Shown here: one piece after another, positions 24,602 to 37,639 of the stretch
Numbering within the stretch: position 1 is the first letter of the stretch
Layout of the letters: each line of letters opens with the position of its first letter
Translations under genes and position numbers: made by a program
The notes under the pieces: generated by a model
Told to the model about the DNA's origin: nothing
The model's database searches: none
The model's input: the letters and a program-made list of their open reading frames with translations, nothing else
Assembly: GCA_035221665.1 (NCBI GenBank)
Contig: CM069155.1
Span: 24,552,001-24,616,000, forward strand
Source of the DNA: Okamejei kenojei
Taxonomy: Eukaryota
Reading direction: 5' to 3'
Length of the DNA stretch: 64,000 bases

Positions 24602-27600
24602 TCAGCTGCTTGGGGCTGTGACCTGGAAGCAGCCCCGTTTGTGCCACTGCATATCTCTGATGCGACGGATGGATTGAATCAGCGGCTGGTTAGAATCCCA
24701 TTCATTCCAATGCTTGTAGTCTGCCTTTTCAAAGATGTACTGCCGCCCTCTGTAACCTGGGTACTGGTACCCAACCCACCTGTAAGATCACAGAACACAA
24801 TATTTATTCTACCTTTTTCTGAATATTTGGGATAACATTCATCATTTTCACAACCTTGGGTGAACCATGTTGAAGAAACTCCTTTGCTAATGGCATGCCT
24901 CCTTTCTGTAGAATTCCCATCTATCTATCGCATCAAATCAGGTACCATGCCAATAATTAAATACTAACATCTCTCTACAGGTCTGGCAATTTAGCTTGCA
25001 GTTTATAACTTCTTACCCATTATAATTACTACGTGAGATCCTGTGATATCTCATTCAAGACTCCTGTCAGCACCCATCCTCCTTTTCTGGTTGGAAGCAG
25101 TTAAAAACATTACTAAGATTTTTGAAAAAATCCATATCTACAATCCATGTGTCCTTTTCTCAAGCTGCTTTTCATTTCCTCCGCTGACTGTGTGGCAGAC
25201 AATTGCAGATTGGGTATTGAATGGACAGCCACCTAGTGTGGTATTTAGAAAGTGAAAATTAATGGGGTTTTTTTGTTAATGTTTTATTTAGTGAGCTGTG
25301 AATGTCAAATGTACAATCTGCAGATTAAGATTGTTCAAGAGCACATGTGGCCACATCTGTACATAATCAGGCCACAGGCAAGGGCCGGTGGAAGTGAGTT
25401 TCCAATGGATAGTTTTGCAGTTATTTTTCCAACACCAATAATTCTGCAACCAATAAAACGTTGTGCAAATACGCTTGGCCTGCTCACAGCACTGCGCAGA
25501 GGTGGAGGCGTAATTCCTGGAGAATAGATCGGGCCTTTTTCCCAGAGTATGGGAATCGAGAACCAGAGGACATGGGTTTAAGGTGAGGGGAGAAAGATTT
25601 AATAGGAACCTGAGGGGCAACTTTTTTCACGCAAAGGGTGATAGGTGTATGAAAACGGAGGAGGTAGTTGAGGCAGTTACTATTGCAATATTTAAGTAAC
25701 ATTTGGACAGGTACATGGTTAGAACAGGTTTAGAGGGATATGGGCCAAATGCAGGTAGGAAGGACTAGTGTAGATGGGCATGTTGGGCTGAAGGGCCTGT
25801 TTCCACACTAAGGCTATGACTTGGGAGATGGGTGGGTATTGTAGGAAAACAATCACTAGAGGACTGCAGGAATACTCGTTCTTCCCCAAATTCATCTTCA
25901 GGAACACAAAGTGGGATGGACATCTATTTTATTTCTCAATAATTGCAACAGTGGGCACATAACATAATAGTACATATTTAGCAGGCCTACTGTACATGAT
26001 CTGTTAATGGACCAACTGAAAATAAATTCTGGGGAACAAATGGGCCACCAGCAGATTTTCCTCTAGGTCAGCTACCCTGACTGATTGATTTCCATCCATC
26101 CTCCTAACAACACTTTCTGTGACCTATACAGTCTATGATACTTGTCTATTTCATTGTCTCATCCAGGACAGTGAGCAATATTGGGAGAGGCACTGACGCA
26201 TTTGTTACCCAAGGATGCCTCACTTTTTGTTTTAAACACTTCTTCCGTAGTTGTATAGTTTGATCCAGGATATTATTTTTTTCCAAGTTACCATCCTTTC
26301 CATATTTCTAGCTGTCTGTTATAATTTATAATTCTAGAGCATGTTTCTCGTTGTGCATACAGATGTGGGAATGTTAGGAGTAGTTTTAGAGCAGTGGGTC
26401 ACACACCATTCATGCAACAAGAAACTGTCAAATTGACCTTGGTGCTGTATCAATAAGATAAATGAGAATGTTGAAGAGAATTTCTAAATGGACCAAGGCC
26501 TTCTTACGTTCCATTGGCAGCTTTGATGCTGGCTACCCTGTTCTGGAATCCATGAGCCCACAGGCTGGGAACATCATCTTCTACAATCTCCATTTTCCTC
26601 CCATGATAGCCAGCATTTTCAAAGAGACTGATCTTGTGCCCATCACCATCCTAAAGGAAAGTACAACAAAGAGCATGGAGTAGCATAATGTTGTCAACTG
26701 GCTTGTAATACGTTATTGAGGTTGCTCTCAATTTTCTAACATGCTGTTTCAAACTGCATGGAGGTTGACTGCAGGAGCCAATCATGTCTGGATGGTGCAA
26801 GGCCCGCTCCTGAAATAAAGTTACAATCATCAGCTGGGCCAGAGTTGAGCAGTCTGGTAATAAAGATTCCATTACAATTCTTCAACATGGCCCCGAGTAC
26901 AACAAGATATATGGTTGGCTGTATGTGGAAGCTTTAGAAGCGGTTACCTTTAAAAGGCGTTTAGGCAGATATATGGATAGGAAAGGTTTAAAGGGCTATG
27001 GGCCAAATGCAGGCTGATGAGATTAGCTCAGTATGCCAATTTGGTCAGCATGGACAAGGTGGACCAAAGGGCCTGTTTCCGTAGCTCTATGGAGAAATAG
27101 GCTAGTTTACGATGTAAAGAGACTTATGGGTGGGATAGAGGTGCTTAAATACACCATACTGGTGTTCATTCTCCCAATTACAATCTGATGAGGACTAGAG
27201 CAATGGATTATTTGGGCAGTTTTCCTCTGCATAAAAAGGGACCATCAGGGAAAATGAGCTATTTGTTCATGAACTAGGGCATCTGTTGGTATGCACTGGC
27301 CATTTTTGAAATTGTACCCCAGTTTGTGCACATTCACTACATCCTCCACAGTACATTTAGATTTTGCCCTGCGATTCGGAATGCGTTACAAATTGCTGTC
27401 TATTTTCTATTAGTCATGCCCTGACGCAACAGGATACTCCGTGAGCGAGGCGTTATTGCATTGTCCTGTGTCTGTGTGTAAGAGAGAAATAATTTAATTG
27501 TGAGGCTTATAGAGCATTCACTTGAGCTTTTTTTAAATCATGTGTGACCACTCGCACTGTCTGAACATATTTTTATTTACATTACATGTCTCTCCCCATC

Positions 27601-30600
27601 ATGATCTTTATTTCACTATCCAAACAGACTCCTTCGGCTTCCTAAAATGTTGGTGCCTATGTGCCATATTATTAGTTCTCTCTTTCTCTGACTGTATTTG
27701 CTTACTAACTGTGTCCGTCTCTCACTATGTTCTGTGACTGCATTTCTCACCGACTGAGCTCCAGTTTGCACTTCTATGACTTGTGTTCCCCATTATGTGA
27801 TTTGTTCTTGCTCAACAATTTTCTCTTCCTTTCTCTGGTAACTACTTCTCTCTGAGATGTGAAGACATGAGAAATAAATAAGGTACTTACGACATGGAGT
27901 GGTCGAAGTGACAGCAACCTGTCACTACTGTGGCTGTTGGACCACGTATCCCATCGTGGATATTCACCCTTCTCCAAAACAAACTGCTCGCCACCGAACT
28001 TCTGTCGTTCAAAACCTACCCATCTGAGAACAAAAAACAATAATGGCTAATCACAACACGACATGACTCAAGATACACATTCACACCTTAACCCGAGTAG
28101 ATTCAGTTTTATTGAGAAGATCTCATAGGTAAACCTCCATCTGTTGTTTCAGCAACCAAGCTAAAACACCTTTATCAAACAGAAGTTGTGTATTTAATAA
28201 GCACGGGCCATAACTAACTTTGAAGGAAAGTATTGCTCATGTCTTGCAACTGCTAAGCTTTGCCAGAAGGTCATTGACAAACCCAACCAGTCTTTTGAAC
28301 CAAGCAAATTCATTGACCAAGGTCATTAAGGAAGATACTATAATCAAGCAGTATACATTTGACAATTAGAGGAAATATACCTTACAACACAAATCAACAA
28401 TAACAAAATGTGGTTAACTTTGAGCATGGGACTTTTCTAATTAACTCAGTTGCAGAATCTGACTTCCTGAAGCACCATTACATCATTGCAAACCCCCGTG
28501 ATCTGCCTACTGCATGGCCATTGTGCAGTCTCTCCAACCCTTTTTAGTTTAAGAATTTGGCAGAGAGCTATTCCATCCTTGCTAGGTTCAGAAAGTAAAC
28601 CTTGTTAATTTAGTTACAAGATTAATAACTGCTTCAAATTGAACAAATTAAGAAAAATCTAAAAGCAGAAATCATGACATGAAGAATGCTTAACAAAAAA
28701 AAAGTTTTAACCTTCACAGCCATGAGCTGCTTCTTACATCCCTTCAACCTAATCATAGGTTATCTTTATTCTTTGCACATCTATAGAAATGGTTTTACTT
28801 ACGGACCACTTTCCACATGAATTGATCCAACTTTTTCAAATCCTTTGTCTGCCAAGTTCATACATTCTCCTGTAAGCTCAGACTTGCGTCCCTGGAAATT
28901 TTCAAGCTCATAAATTGTGAGCTTGAGAAATATTAATGCAAAATAGATTAATGAAACTTATTGGGTAATAACCTGGATTGTCTTCCCTAGCCTGTAAGTC
29001 TTACATAGTTTTTAGCTGGGGTATCAAGGGTGATTGTAAATGAAAATAAGGAATTGACTGACGCATTGAATGGTGGACGTGAAGAATAGTCTTTGTTTCA
29101 GCTTTACTCAGCACCCACGTTTTCCGCAACATTAATTACTGCATTGGTGCCACTTCCCTCACTATTGCAGAAACCACAAATATTTAATACTGTTGCTGAT
29201 ATGTTCCATTCATCCTGCTCTCAATTCACACAGTCCATCTCTGACTCTTGCCTCCCCTATCTGGATTTCTTGCTCTTGGGTGACAGGTTGGTGACCAACA
29301 TTCATTACAAGTCCACAGGCTCCTACTGCTTTCTCATCTCTCCCAGTTCCTCCATCTGACAATAATACTTTCCACACAGGTGCCAAAGTTGTCTTTGTTT
29401 TTCTTTAACCTTGGCATCCCCTCTTATTACCGTTGACAGAGCCCTCAACTATCTCATACTTCCCTCCCCTCTGTTCTCACCCCCTCTCGTTCCAGCCAGT
29501 GCAAAGATAGGGTAGAAGCCCTTGCCTTCTACCCTACCAGCCTCCTCATTCAATGGATTCTCCTTTACAATTTCCTCAATGTCTTGACAATAGACAATAG
29601 GTGCAGGAGTAGGCCATTTGGCCCTTTGAGCCAGCACCGCCATTCAATGTGATCATGGCTGATCATCCCCAATCAGTACCCCGTTCCTGCCTTCTCCCCA
29701 TATCCCTTGACTCCGCTATTTTTAAGAGCCCTATCTAGCTCTCTCTTGAAAGCATCCAGAGAACCTGCCTCCACCGCCCTCTGAGGCAGAGAATTCCACA
29801 GACTCACCACTCTCTGTGAGATAAAGTGTTCCCTCGTCTCCGTTTGACCACCAAACACATCTTCTCCTCCCATTCTAATTCAGCATTTTGAAGGGACCAT
29901 TCACATGGTCATTTAGTTGAGCATGTAGAGGCAGATGATTGGGATAATGACCAGGTTTTCAATTCGGCTGGTTTTGACAGTGTCTCTAATGATCTGGTTT
30001 GGGGCTGCAAATATTCATCATATTTATAACAACAGAAAGATATTACTTAAGTTTTCTGATAACACAGAGATGTGACATTATAAGCAGTTTAGATGAAAGC
30101 ATTACATTGCAAAGGGATATTGCCAGATATCATCTGTAAGTAAACATAAAGTCAATGTTAATTGTAATGGAGACTCACAGATATTTGTTAACCAAAGCTG
30201 TTAAGGGACTAGAGAGAGTGTTTTTTTTATGTTAAAGAGCTTGAGGAAACCATGGAATTGATGAGATGGAAACCAAAATTCTTTATTGTCCGCATTGTGG
30301 AAGCTTGGTGGTTGAGATTACCAAAGAAATACAAGTAGGTTTTTGTATAAATTCGCAAACAAGGAGATTGGGTGAGAACATAGACTGGAATGACTCACAA
30401 CCATTTATTTATATTGGTACTTGGCCACGTCCTCATCCTGTGATATTGGACATAATTATGTCAGAACCATAAAAGCATGACAGTACATACCACCAGACCT
30501 GAATGGCCCTCTCATATACTAAGGATGTTTTCCTAATCTACCTAATTTTACAGACCTTGCATTTTTTTAGCTGCGCTTTCTGTTTCTATATACAGCATCT

Positions 30601-31382
30601 GCACCGATATATATTCACTATATACTGCATCTGTTTCTTCTTCTCTTTTGCACGACCTTGGTGTATGATATGATTTGACTGGATAGCATGCAAACAAACG
30701 TTTGTCACTATCTAAGTACATGTGACAATTAGAACAATACACTAACTAGTCTGTAAGCTTTCTAAAATTGCAATCTGTAAACATGACAATGAGAATATCT
30801 GAACAGTTAAGGTCAGTGTACAGGATCACCCACTGTTGGTCAACCGATCAAATTGGAGGCAATGCAATTAGTAGAAATGTACCTCAGAATGCGTTCATTT
30901 GACGTCAGATCAGTCACCAAAAGAGAACATTGGCATTGAAAGACTGGGCTAAGAGTGAGAAATGTTTTAAATTTTACCATTACATTTGACATTTTCAAAA
31001 ACAGTTCTAATTTCAAGCAGTGAAACTTAGCATCCGAGTTGGCATGTTTAGTGCCAAACAGTGAAGTTGTGTTGGTTTTATTGTCATTTGCACGAGTGCG
31101 GTGAGGTACAGGTACAATGAAAATCTTGTTTGCAGTAAAGTCACAGACACATAGACTCAGACAATACACAGAAGTACATAAACTACACGTAACATGTCTA
31201 AACAGAAAGAAGACAATGCAAAAAAAAAGCAGGACAATAGTGCAAAAGCTGCAATAGGAATAAAACAAGGGGGTTAGTAAACCCGCTATAGGATCAATGT
31301 TGGGTACCTTGTAATTGGCGTCGGGTATGCCCTTGCTTTTCCCGGTCGCTTGCTGCTCGGGTTCGCTATGTAGCTCCGCCAT
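24602..31382 (-). CDS. CRYBB3: Beta-crystallin B3, 215 aa; coding exons 31308-31382, 28803-28921, 27891-28023, 26508-26650, 24602-24779
   Basis: Spliced translation: [25 protein letters not shown]|[40 protein letters not shown]|[44 protein letters not shown]|[48 protein letters not shown]|[58 protein letters not shown]. The N-terminal arm resembles human betaB3 (MAEQHGAPEQAAAGKSHG). GT-AG introns, 648 nt in frame, directly upstream of CRYBB2. Confidence 0.97.
25520..25820 (+). mobile_element. CR1 3' end in CRYBB3 intron 5
   Basis: accagaggacatgggtttaaggtgagg...gggcctgtttcc. Confidence 0.8.
29190..29900. mobile_element. Old Penelope fragment (+) interrupted by a young CR1 3' end (29586-29843, minus) in CRYBB3 intron 2
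   Basis: LPYLDF...TNIHYKST Penelope RT-thumb motif; [22 protein letters not shown]1 motif. Confidence 0.75.
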
Positions 31383-31979
31383 CTGATCACCTTAAAATGC
31401 AATGACACCGGTTACAGGTGGACAGCTCCCCGCCGTTATCCGAGGCAGCGGATCACAGCTCCCGCTGGGGTTGGCTAGCTCTTGGTCTCACACAAGCAAC
31501 AGGAGATGTTGCTTCGCTTCGGCCCGTGACCCCATACCCAGACTGAGAGAGCAGGACCTTTCTGTGCCCCCCCCCAGCAAAATGGGCAGCTCACTGCCTC
31601 GGGGATAGCGGCAGGAGTGGGCATTTCATCTGCAACACTCGGGGAGAAATTTGTCAAAATAAGATGCGAATTATGGCACCCCGAGTTACTGGGAGCGAGC
31701 AGGTGACAGCTACTGAGGTGAAGGGTCGAATGGGCTGAGGTTTGGATTATTCATCTGGTCCTATCTAAAAATCTTCACCAAAAAATCGTTGTAATAATGA
31801 AAATGGAAACAATTAAATTCTGAAGTAGCCAAAAACAGCTGTAAACCAACACCTTTCCATGTTCTCCAGAGATGCTGCCTGGCCCGCTGGGTTACTACAG
31901 CACTTTGTGACAATCTTTGGTATAAACCAGCGTCTGCATTTCCTTTCTATTTCAGTATTAAATGTAATTTTGCTCAGCG

Positions 31980-32370
31980 AGGGTGTGAGTGGTGAAGCGG
32001 GGTGGCGGGCCGCGGGCGAGGCGGAGAGCGGCTGCCCGTACCGTGGGGGCCGAGCTGGGAGCCTCCTCCGCCGAGGGATTGCTTGCTGCTGCTCGCCCGC
32101 CGCCTATTTAAGCACCCGGAGCGACAGCGGATTCCAATTCCCCGCAGCCGAATCCAGCCAACATCATCGGATCTGATTGTTCATCGCACAGAGGAAGACC
32201 ACAAACTCCGGCCCCGTCCATCTCCAACCCGCCTGGTGATTTGCACAGATTAAAAACGCAGACCCTCATCAGCAGTTTTAAACCATCGCCACCGTGTGTG
32301 TGCGCGCCAGAAGCCAACAGTGCCCCAGACTGCTGCCATCGACACTTTCATTTGGACGCAGCGGCCGCTT
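31980..32370 (-). promoter_or_regulatory. CRYBB3: CRYBB3 promoter: CpG-rich island with probable non-coding exon 1 (about 32042-32080)
   Basis: GC- and CpG-rich patch in a CpG-poor background; TATA-like TTAAATA on the minus strand at 32105-32111; donor ACG|GTACGG at 32042/32041; SOX motif ATTGTT at 32176-32181; AT-flanked Maf half-site AAAACTGCTGA on the minus strand at 32269-32279. Confidence 0.65.
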
Positions 32371-34774
32371 TCATTAATGCTCCGTGACAGACTTAATGAG
32401 GGGATAATCGATTCAAAATATCAGAGAGAATCCAACTGGTAACAATGCAATGGGGATAAACGTGAGCCGAGAGGGGGGGGGAGGCTGTTGTGGGTGATTG
32501 GCCATGCATGCATGTGTCAGGGAGCTGGGCACCGAAGGTGCAGGAGAGGTGTCTGTACACAGCCGGAGACTGCAGCAGGTATTTCCCCTTTTTTTGGGGG
32601 GGAAAAGTATATCTCCCCCCCTCCCGGGCTGTAGTTCAGAGACAACCCCAGGGAGATGAGAAACGTGGCCAAGTGCTTGAGAAGGCACCCTGACCAACTT
32701 TGGGGAAACGCCATTGTGCGAGAATGGGCACTTCAAAATATTGGCTTGCAGGTAACAATAACCGGTACTTTCTGGACAAGTTATGTCAACGTAGATCAAA
32801 AAGGGGCAGAAATTAAATGTTAGCACCGCCTCCAATTTAATTATAAACACAAATTAAATTTACATTTTTATAACACTTCTAATGTTAAGTCCCATGGCAT
32901 TTTTCATAAGATTAAAACATAATTGATAGCAAGCCACGGAAGAAAATATTAGAACGAATAGCAAAGCTTGGTCAAATAATTTAATTTTAAAGGGAATCTT
33001 AAAGGAGACGATTGAAAGAGATTTGAACTCTCGTAGTGGGAATTACAGAGCTTAGAGTGTGGACAATAAAGGCTCTGCTGCCAACCAGGAGAGGAAACAG
33101 CGGCAGAGTGGTCACAGTCAGCATTGGAACAGTGATCTGTGAGAGTTAAAGGGCTGGACAAAGATTAGGGAGAGAGACCGAGAGAACACGATGAGATTGG
33201 AAATCAGGGAACAGCAGAAGCAGGCAAGGAGGCATCGGAAAGCTAAAAGTGAAGATGAATAAGTATCTACCTAAACCAAGCAAAGCGATGATAGGATGAG
33301 AGGTGGGGAATCTCTGGAAGTAATTAGGCAACAATTGGATACCGCAAGGTAAGGCCATTCTTGTGAGCATATTAAAAATGGGTGTGTCTCTTTGTGTCGG
33401 GTTAATTAGCTCATGATCATGAGATGACACCATTCCAGGTCAAATCACAGGAGACAGCGGATCGTGTTCGTATCTGTTCCCCACCCTAATCGAGTCTCTT
33501 GCATTCACTATATATATATATATTCTTATATATACAACAGTCGATGCTCAGTCTGAAGTTTTAATTACTAAATCGTACAAAAATTGAATACAGATTTTAT
33601 TCTTTCCATAATCTGTATTTACAGAGCTTGAGGCAGTTGAATGGAACAAACTTCAAGGAGATTCTCTAAACCACATCCGCTGACACAAGGTTGTGAGCAC
33701 GTGCCTTTCTCAGATTCTAGTACCAGGAATGGGGAGAGCAGGAACTCCCAAGTACAACATGACTGGAACGGGAACTAAAACACAGGTTGGTCCTTTCGTG
33801 CAACCTTAAATCAAATTAATTTACTCTCTTCCTGTTCACTATTGTGTTTTGTGCTGTGGATTAATTTATGTTGGAAGCAGACAGATGCTTTTTTAAAATA
33901 GATGTTGAAACAGATAAATTTCACCCTGTGCATCAAGAACCAGTAAATGAATCGCCACAGGAGAGATTTGATATTTTTTCTCTCATCTCTCTACTGAGAA
34001 ATACCTAAAATGGAAATAGATCAATCACACCAACAGGAACAGGAGAAGCTCTGAAACTTTCGCTCCATCCAATGTTATACCATTGTCGCACCACATTAGT
34101 GGGTGGTGTCTGTTGCATGGCTTTCCTCACTCATTCCACAAATAAGCAAAAAGATTAATGTGCTGTGCATTCAAAAAACTATAGTAGAGCAAGCACAGTG
34201 TGAATTGGAAGTTTACACTTCATCAGACTGATAAACTGTTTGGCTGACATTAGAAAGCAGTGCTTTCTCTTGTGCCAAACCAATTAAACCATTCCCAAAC
34301 CTGTTTCAGTATTAGTTACTACATCTTTAAATTATTTACCTGCACTGTTAAACTTTCAATTTGAGGTACAATGTAATGCAAATGGTATCAATGTATTTTC
34401 ACTCAAACAGCCTCTAGTAAATGATCCTTGTCAAAACATGTAATGGCGATTTCTCCTATTTCCTAATGGTTCAGTAATTAACTGTGCAGCTGAGTTGGTG
34501 ATATGTCCTAACCTCCTAATCAAGTGGCAGAGTAACCCGTCCCATTTCTAATAGGTATTCGGTGAGCCTTTCCAGCAGTAATAATGAAGGGAATCTAATG
34601 GAGAGGTCTGTGGCTGGCACCGGGAGCTGGGGGGAGGAGGAGGGAAGTCTGCAGTTTTGATGATCAATGCTCATGCATGGAAAGGCAATGTAATGAGATA
34701 ACAAAGATCAACTTTATCTGCAGTTCATACCCCAGAAAAGACTGAGCACGCTGCAGGGAGGGAAAAAAGGACCT

Positions 34775-35150
34775 AGAAACATAGAAAAAAATAGGTGCAG
34801 GAGTAGGCCATTTGGCCCTTCGAGCCAGCACCACCATTAAATATAATCATGGCTGATCATCTAAAATCAGCACCTCATTCCTGAGTGTTCTCCTAAGAGC
34901 TAAATCTAACTCTTGAAAACATCCAATGAATTGGCCTCCACTGTCTTCTGTGGCAGAGAATTCTACAGATTCACAACTCTCTGGGTGAAAACGTTTTTCC
35001 TCATCTCATTCCTAAATGGCCTACCCCTTATTCCTAAACCTTGACCCCTGATTCTGGACTCCCCCAACACCGGGAAAAAATTCCTGCATCTAGCCTGTCC
35101 AATCCTTTAAGTATTTTATGTTTCTATACGATCCCCTCTCATCCTTCTAA
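34775..35150 (-). mobile_element. CR1 3' end
   Basis: Reverse complement of the CR1 tail and ORF2 C-terminus. Confidence 0.8.
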
Positions 35151-35247
35151 TTGCATTGAAACAGCCACCTGCATTAACTCAGTTATGCAAATACTGATCT
35201 TGAATTCTTCTATGATATGTATTTTAACCACATTACGACACTCATTT

Positions 35248-36772
35248 ACCTGGCATAGCGGCAGAGTTGCTGCCTTGCAGTGCCAGACACCTGGGTTCAA
35301 TCTGACGACCGGTGCATGTCTGAATGGAGTTTGTACGCTCTCCCTGTGACCTGTGTGGGGTTTCTCCGAGATCTTTGGTTTCCTTACACACTCCAAAGAT
35401 GTACAGGGTTTGTAGGTAGTCTCCACTACAAACCAACTGACTCCCACAGCTACCTGGACTACTCTTCCTCCCACCCTGCTTTCTGTAAGGACTCCATCCC
35501 CTATTCCCAATTCCTCCGTCTACGCCGCATCTGCTCCCAGGATTAAGTGTTCTGCACCAGGTCATCACAAATGGCCTCATTCTTCAGAGAACGGGGATTC
35601 CCCTCCCCCACTATAGATGAGGCTCGCACCAGGGTCTCCTCCATACCTCGCAACACTGCCCTCTCGCCCCATTTCCCCCACTCGCAACAAGGGCAGAGTC
35701 CCCCTGGTCACCTTTCACCCCACCAGCCGGCAAATACAACACATAGTCGTTCGCCAGTTTTGCCACCTCCAACGTGACCCCTCCACTCGCCACATTTTCC
35801 CATCTCCCCCCGTCTGCCTTCCGCAAAGACCGCTCCCTCCGCAACTCCCTTGTCAATTCTTCCCTTCCCTCCCGCTCTACCCCTTCCCCGGGCACTTTCC
35901 CTTGCAACCGCAAGCAATGCTACACTAGTCCCTTCACCTCACCCCCTCCACTCCTTTCAGCGACCCAAGCAGCCCTTCCAGGTCCGACAGAGGTTCACCT
36001 GCACCTCCTCCAACCTCATCTACTGCATCCGCTGCTCCAGATGCCAGATGATCTATATCGGTGAGACCAAGTGGAGGCTTGGCGATCGTTTTGCCGAACA
36101 CCTCCGCTTGGTCCGCATTAACCAACCCGACCTCCCGGTGGCTCAGCTCTTCAACTCCCCCTCCCATTCCGTATCCGACCTCTCAGTCCTGGGCCTCCTC
36201 CACAGCCAGAGTGAGCAACACCGCAAGTTGGAGGAACAGCACCTCATATTCCGCTTGGGGAGTCTGCATCCTCTGGGCTTGAACATTGAATTTTCTCAAT
36301 TCTGTTAACCCTTGCTGTCTCCTCCCCTTCCCACCTCTCCCTCAGCCCTCGGGCCCTGGCATTCCCTCTCTCTCTATCTCTACCCCACCCTAGTCGCACT
36401 AGCTTCTCATTTTCATACTACAAACAGCTTGTTCCCTTTATCATTGATACTTTTTTGCATATCTTTCATTCAATGTTCTTTATCTCTCCCATCATCATCT
36501 ATATCTCTCGTTTCCCTGATCCCTGACCAGTCTGAAGAAGGGTCTCGACCTGAAACGTCGCCTATCTCCTTCGCTCCTTAGATGCTGCTGCACCCGCTGA
36601 GTTTCTCCAGCCTTTTGTGTACCCAGGGTTTGTAGGTTAATTGGCTTTGGTATAAATGTACAAATTGCTCCAGTGTGTGTAGGGTAGAGCTAGTGTGTGG
36701 GGATCGCTGGTCGGAGCAGACTCGGTGAGCCAATGTGCTTGTTTCAGCGCTGTATCTCTAAATTAAACTAAA
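35248..36772 (+). mobile_element. HE1-type V-SINE split by a Penelope insertion (SINE halves about 35248-35417 and 36624-36772)
   Basis: tRNA-like head with B-box (gggttcaat), V-domain (ggagtttgtacg.tctccc.gtgacc), CR1-like tail gctgtatctctaaattaaactaaa. Confidence 0.8.
35418..36623 (+). mobile_element. Neptune-type Penelope-like element, 5'-truncated (RT thumb, Cys linker, GIY-YIG, hammerhead at 36532-36559)
   Basis: YKPTDSHSYLDYSSSHPAFCKDSIPYSQFLRLRRICS; GTFPCNRKQC; FTCTSSNLIYCIRCSRCQMIYIGETKWRLGDRFAEH; 14-bp TSD CAGGGTTTGTAGGT (35404-35417 and 36624-36637). Confidence 0.92.
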
Positions 36773-37639
36773 GATTCAGGTCTCCTTAACAGCAATTCTC
36801 ACCATTACTTCCCAGACCATCAATTGGTTTGATCTTGATCAGATTTGTTATGTTGCTCACTCATTTGATTTCCTGGTGAGTAGTTATGTTACACATTGTC
36901 TTTTGTATTTTGTCCAAATACAATGATTTAACTCTTAACCAATTAATCCATTAAGTTTAAAAATACAATTGAATATAGAGATATTCCACAAAGCACTTGA
37001 TATTTTTGTAAAATCTTCTATGATGCGGAATGCTTCTACTAGTCCCAGAAATGCTACAAAGTCTCATATTTTACAGAGACTTGATATGCTTGGATAAATA
37101 TATTGAAAATTAACTCACAAACTACGGTTGTAATGAAGAAGGGACATTTTTTTCATGAGAAATGGAGGTAATTAGCTGCAGGGCTGGAAAAATCTAGGAG
37201 AGACCATTTAAAAAAAAAAAGAAAGAGGCTGCCTATCACTGTCCAAGATTAGCAATTTCTTGTTCTTGATTTTGAATGTCCCATTTAAATTGTCTCTTTC
37301 TGGTTAAATCATCCCCAATTAGTGAGATACCAATGTTAACCATAACTCTAGTTTTATTAGCAATGTATTAAAAAGGCAAGAGGAAAAAATGTCTTCAGGA
37401 AACTAAATATTCTGGAAAATTGGGCTCACACGTACATTAACGAGTGCTTAATTATGACTCTAAAAAGGGTAATAGTGTGAAAACATCATAAATAACCCGC
37501 CTCCAATCAGCACCAGAAAAGCTGCACTATTCATCTCGCTATTACTGAACAGAACTGTAGTATTTATAATGACAGATATGCTTCATAAAGTTTGTGACAT
37601 TGTGACACTCACAAGTGACTTTCAGAGGGCTTACAACAT

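Noticed and set aside
30840-31307. 180-aa ORF extending CRYBB3 exon 2
   Set aside because: Only the first 25 codons are exonic; the rest is intron read-through past the AAG|GTACC donor
35248-35320. tRNA gene
   Set aside because: Degenerate tRNA-derived SINE head with no cloverleaf
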